From the IMG/VR virus record IMGVR_UViG_2799112923_000001: a stretch of 64,000 nucleotides of DNA; one strand, given 5' to 3'. Below, piece after piece: positions 59,980-64,000 of the stretch. Position 1 is the stretch's first letter, and each line of letters begins with the position of its first letter. Source of the stretch: a virus. Its lineage: Duplodnaviria > Heunggongvirae > Uroviricota > Caudoviricetes. Position numbers and translations under genes: made by a program. The notes beneath the pieces were generated by a model. The model did no database searches. It was not told the origin of the DNA and saw only the letters and a program-made list of their open reading frames with translations.

Positions 59980-62900
59980 TGAGTTCATTTGTATTTAACG
60001 ATTTTAAGAAAAGATATTTAGAAGGTAATGTTCCATCGGCTGATACCTGGACATTCATTCCAGTTGCAGACTCATTTAAACAGACCTTTGAATTTGATGA
60101 TATTCGTTTAGACCATTATAGAACCATAATGGATTTCAAGAATGTTGCTGATAAAAGGAATCCTGATAGTTTTGATATTGTTGGAAACTATATTAACCCA
60201 CATCAGTTTGGTAAAGAAGAATATATTAGAATTGATGATGCTACTAGAATAAAGGGTGCTACTTTAGTTGATGGTGTTCCATTAACATTCACTTGGACTA
60301 AGGTTTTAGACGATGACGAACTCAATAACAAACCAATGTATGTAACAAAGGATAACTTTAACCATTTTAAAAATTACTATTCCGCTACAGTAGCAAATAA
60401 CCCATATATTGACCAGTATCTAAATAGTGGTTTCTATTTTATTCGTTCCAAGGATGAATTGGAATGGTTCGCAGAACGTGTAAACAGAAACGATAAAATT
60501 ATTGGTGTTATTGGTGATAACTTTGAAGGTGTAATTTCTAAACCTATTGGTTATGACGAAAAACACCCTTTCAATGGTATCTTGGATGGTAACTATTTCA
60601 CATTTGATATTACAGTTAAAGCACAATACGCTGATAATGGTGTAATTGGTGTTTTGGGTTCACAAGGTATTGTTAGAAACTTCGTTTTGAAACATAGTGA
60701 TTTCAATAGAATTTCTATTGATTGTGAAAAGCCAATTAACTTGACCCACATTAAGAATGATGGTAGAGATATTAACTGTGGTTTGTTGGTTGGTAGAAAC
60801 TATGGTAAGATTGAAAACATTGATGCGAAGAAACTTGGTTCATTCAAGATTTATGGTTGTGTACCAAGTGTTTATTCTGTAACAAATAAGTCCGACAGTT
60901 ATAAATGGAATGAAACCGAAAAGATTGTAAGAAAGAAATTTGATACAAACAACGAAAACTTTATGTATCTAAACTCTTTCTGTATTAACTCTCCAGGTAA
61001 CATTTGCCCTTATGTAGGTTATTTCAATGAGGGAAAATTTGCTGATGATAGATTGGGTTTATGTGTTGACACTAACCTAACAGCTTTTGATTTCGCAGTA
61101 ACTGGACAGAGTTTCTATGCTAAATTCTTTGCTAATGGTTATGCTGGCTGGAAAACCCAATACAATGAAAATAACATTGACTGGTCTATTAGATGTGGTA
61201 GTCCAAACAGTTTAGACCTATATCAGTTAGGTTCAATGAAACAATATGCTAATTCGTATGTTGGTGTTAATACAAATAGAAACATCGCTTCAAATACTTA
61301 CACATACGATTTGGATAATAACTACGAAGCTGCCGCTATCATTAGAAACCCATTATATTATGGTGTAGATAATTATGGTTATTTCACTGTTCGTGCTGTT
61401 GGTAAATTAGATGACCCACAAACCTGGGTAGAAAATTTCAATAGTAATTTGTGCCAAAAGGTACTTGGTAATAGTGGTTATAGAGATTGTACCGCATTGG
61501 AACCTGAATATGAAATGACCCGTGTTTCTATGCGACCCCAACCAAATGCTAGAGCTGCATATAATGTTGGTACTATCATTGGTGCTAACTACGGTACAGC
61601 TCTTAACATTCAAGTAAGTGCTATTGTTCAAAACACATCCAACTTCGTAGGATTTATTGGTGGTCTTGCTGGTAAGCAGGCTAATGGTTATATTGACCAG
61701 GTATCTGTTTATATGGATAACCAGTTAATGTATGATTTGGGTAGTAAGCCTGAAAATGGTGATGTTGTTTATTATAAACAAACTCCTGTATTCTCCGAAC
61801 CAGTAAAACAATATATCCAAGGTGCTTTGGCTAGTTATAGTGATAATGATACTGGTAAGAAGAATTTATTGAGTATGTACTGTGAAGCCTGGTATGATGA
61901 AACTCGTACTGATGCTGCTTCATTAGAATACACAGTTAACACCGCTACTACAGTCACTAACGATGTAATTTCATATAAATTAAGACCTATCTTCGTTGTT
62001 GGTGGTATGTTTGGTAGATACATTCCTACTTATGGTGTTAATGAATACTATCAAAATATGGTATGTGTAGTAAACAATAGTACCGTTCTTTATAAAGACA
62101 ACTACGATTCAACAGAAAACTTTAAGCGACCTGAAAACGCATTTGGTGCTTTGATTGGTAAGGTGGATTATGCCACAACTAACAACAGTATCTATTTCTT
62201 TAACTCATTAGCATTTAATAATTGCCAAATTTCGGCTTTATCAAATGTTGGTGAACCATTTAGATATTTCGCTAACCATTTTGATGAAAACGAAGGTTGG
62301 GTTCCTGATGTTATTGACTTGAAAGATACTGGTGATTATAGATCTGCGTTCTCTGCTTTGAACTCTGGTACATGTACAAAGAAATATGTTGGTATTTACG
62401 AAATCAAGAACAATGTAATTGAAGGTGTATCATATACAGTTAACAGTGCTGCCACAGCATTGTATGATGGTGCTACAAATAAGAGTAAACAATCATTAAG
62501 TAATTTGGGAATCTATTGGGGAACAGATTATCCTATTGAATTATCTGCTCACAATGGAGGTATTACACAATCCCACGAAATGTACCAGTTTATTCCTGAC
62601 CTACTATCTAACAACGATTATAGATGGTCTAATGCAGGTGGTTATTGGGGTCCTTATGATATTCTTCACCAGGCTTTCTATTATCCAAACTACGATGTTG
62701 CTAATAGATTTGGTGGTTATAACAAACGCAATATGGCTTCTAAACTTATTGTAATGAATGGTTGTTATTCTAATGTGGATAACTGGATAGAATTGTATGA
62801 CGATTACATTAACCAGTGGCACTATATGCAATTACCACCTAAATCTACTGATTTATCACCAGATCATTTATCTGGCAACTATTTCAATGCGAAAGAATTG

Positions 62901-63797
62901 TATTTGATTAAGAAGTATTGGAATCGTGTTGGTACACATTACGGTTATACAAGTAATACACAAGTTTCTTCTTATTTGAAATGGGATACTGCATCTGCCG
63001 ATTTGTATTCTGCTAACAGTGGTCTTTATCTTGAAGGTCTAGTACAAGATCAGGTAGATAGATTTATAGCAAACGGAACACAGAATACTTACGATGGTTA
63101 TACTACTGTTATCAATGTTCCTGATGGTTGGTATAATGGTAGTCAAAGTTATGATGATGCACCAAATAATGCTAATACAACTCAATTTGAATATAGTCAA
63201 TTAAACTGTTATGATATTACTACTAGACAATATAACACACCAAAGAGATTTGTAAAGAACATTATGAAACACTATAACCCAACTTGGGTAGTTAATAACA
63301 ATGCTACTATTCAATGGACTGATAAAGTAACATTCAAAGCAAGAAATGCTACCGATAGTTATTTCTACTACACATACACAGCAACTTCAGGTAGATTTAA
63401 TCAGGTTCATACAACATATAACACACTTGAAAACGCATTTGCTTTCAAACTACCTGTAACATTCACTGCAAATAATTCTATGATGGGTTATGGTACTGAC
63501 TTAACATTAACTGAACAATTAGACCAAAGTAGACCAAGTACAATTTCATTGGGTGAATATCTATCACCAGCAGCCATTAGAGAAAACATTAACAAGTATG
63601 GAACATTCAATACAACCAGTGTTTCTTCTAAAATGAATTTGGGTGGTTTGTTGGTAGTAGATAGTGTTGGTAGAAATGTTATGTTCTTGGATAATGACCA
63701 GAACGCACCTATTACCGGTAATGCTATTTCGTTCCCAGCACTAGATTTAAGAATAAATACAAAGAAAGCTAAAAAGATTATTTTGGAAGTTGAATAA
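59979..63797 (+). CDS. Large virion protein (fibre/adhesin-like, GLUG-like repeats)
   Basis: 1272 aa; PIG....PFNG.LDGN, GLLVG.NYG.I.N, GGLAG, VGGMFG repeats. Confidence 0.55.
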   Translation: MSSFVFNDFKKRYLEGNVPSADTWTFIPVADSFKQTFEFDDIRLDHYRTIMDFKNVADKRNPDSFDIVGNYINPHQFGKEEYIRIDDATRIKGATLVDGVPLTFTWTKVLDDDELNNKPMYVTKDNFNHFKNYYSATVANNPYIDQYLNSGFYFIRSKDELEWFAERVNRNDKIIGVIGDNFEGVISKPIGYDEKHPFNGILDGNYFTFDITVKAQYADNGVIGVLGSQGIVRNFVLKHSDFNRISIDCEKPINLTHIKNDGRDINCGLLVGRNYGKIENIDAKKLGSFKIYGCVPSVYSVTNKSDSYKWNETEKIVRKKFDTNNENFMYLNSFCINSPGNICPYVGYFNEGKFADDRLGLCVDTNLTAFDFAVTGQSFYAKFFANGYAGWKTQYNENNIDWSIRCGSPNSLDLYQLGSMKQYANSYVGVNTNRNIASNTYTYDLDNNYEAAAIIRNPLYYGVDNYGYFTVRAVGKLDDPQTWVENFNSNLCQKVLGNSGYRDCTALEPEYEMTRVSMRPQPNARAAYNVGTIIGANYGTALNIQVSAIVQNTSNFVGFIGGLAGKQANGYIDQVSVYMDNQLMYDLGSKPENGDVVYYKQTPVFSEPVKQYIQGALASYSDNDTGKKNLLSMYCEAWYDETRTDAASLEYTVNTATTVTNDVISYKLRPIFVVGGMFGRYIPTYGVNEYYQNMVCVVNNSTVLYKDNYDSTENFKRPENAFGALIGKVDYATTNNSIYFFNSLAFNNCQISALSNVGEPFRYFANHFDENEGWVPDVIDLKDTGDYRSAFSALNSGTCTKKYVGIYEIKNNVIEGVSYTVNSAATALYDGATNKSKQSLSNLGIYWGTDYPIELSAHNGGITQSHEMYQFIPDLLSNNDYRWSNAGGYWGPYDILHQAFYYPNYDVANRFGGYNKRNMASKLIVMNGCYSNVDNWIELYDDYINQWHYMQLPPKSTDLSPDHLSGNYFNAKELYLIKKYWNRVGTHYGYTSNTQVSSYLKWDTASADLYSANSGLYLEGLVQDQVDRFIANGTQNTYDGYTTVINVPDGWYNGSQSYDDAPNNANTTQFEYSQLNCYDITTRQYNTPKRFVKNIMKHYNPTWVVNNNATIQWTDKVTFKARNATDSYFYYTYTATSGRFNQVHTTYNTLENAFAFKLPVTFTANNSMMGYGTDLTLTEQLDQSRPSTISLGEYLSPAAIRENINKYGTFNTTSVSSKMNLGGLLVVDSVGRNVMFLDNDQNAPITGNAISFPALDLRINTKKAKKIILEVE

Positions 63798-64000
63798 TGG
63801 CTTGGTCTGCGTCAAATAAATGTGTAACAAATTCCTATAAATTTGCCTTGGGAACAGGGCAAATTAAAGGCATAAACTATGGGAATTTGAAAGTAAACAT
63901 TACTGATTCCAATTTCTTTAAGACCAATTATTATAGATTAAAAGGTCTTACTGATTCTAAAGCAGTAGATAAAGAAAAATTAGTTGACTATAATCAATTG
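63797..64000 (+). CDS. 5' part of next late gene (runs off window)
   Basis: TAATG-coupled, open to window end (MAWSASNKCVTNSYKF..). Confidence 0.6.
   Translation, partial: MAWSASNKCVTNSYKFALGTGQIKGINYGNLKVNITDSNFFKTNYYRLKGLTDSKAVDKEKLVDYNQL

Noticed and set aside
2032-62831. Many short antisense or nested ORFs in the track (e.g. 2722, 8580, 9666, 24906, 46925, 49567)
   Set aside because: Shadows of longer genes, without SD or plausible composition
1-64000. Stop-codon reassignment (code 15 or 4)
   Set aside because: TAG and TGA end genes normally, and coding density is high under the standard code
1-64000. CRISPR arrays, tRNAs, integrases, transposases, DGR repeats
   Set aside because: None seen by eye; the repeated motifs are protein-level or promoter-level
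1-64000. Host assignment (Fibrobacter or Bacteroidales-like)
   Set aside because: Only weak hints (TATATTT -10 boxes, one leader peptide); needs spacer matches or RtcB/AroE phylogeny

Overview
A 64 kb segment of a large, AT-rich T4-like (myovirus-type) phage genome in the standard genetic code. Recognisable core genes are gp47, gp46, uvsY and uvsW. Other recognisable genes encode RtcB, an AroE-like shikimate dehydrogenase, an HD-type alarmone hydrolase, an M15 peptidase endolysin, a metallophosphoesterase, several glycosyltransferases, two TupA-like ATP-grasp enzymes and large virion proteins. Early promoters are TTGACA-N16/17-TATATT and late promoters are T4-like (T/C)ATAAATA. Five patterns go beyond ordinary annotation. 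(1) Five genes, including gp46 and uvsW, are each broken by one extra C forming an in-frame CGG directly before a Gly codon (NNN-C-GGN). This indicates systematic +1 recoding at CGG or a systematic sequencing error. (2) About 29 small, mostly unrelated proteins share a C-terminal helix ending in hydrophobic-x-x-D-F. (3) Fifteen proteins behind late promoters share an ~18-aa N-terminal leader ending in (L/I/M)-x-E, resembling a capsid-targeting sequence cleaved by a prohead protease. (4) A ~320-nt structured candidate ncRNA lies at 11527-11850. (5) A TGTAAA-N6-TTTACA palindrome sits upstream of seven early promoters. All family assignments come from motif recognition by eye; no database searches were run.
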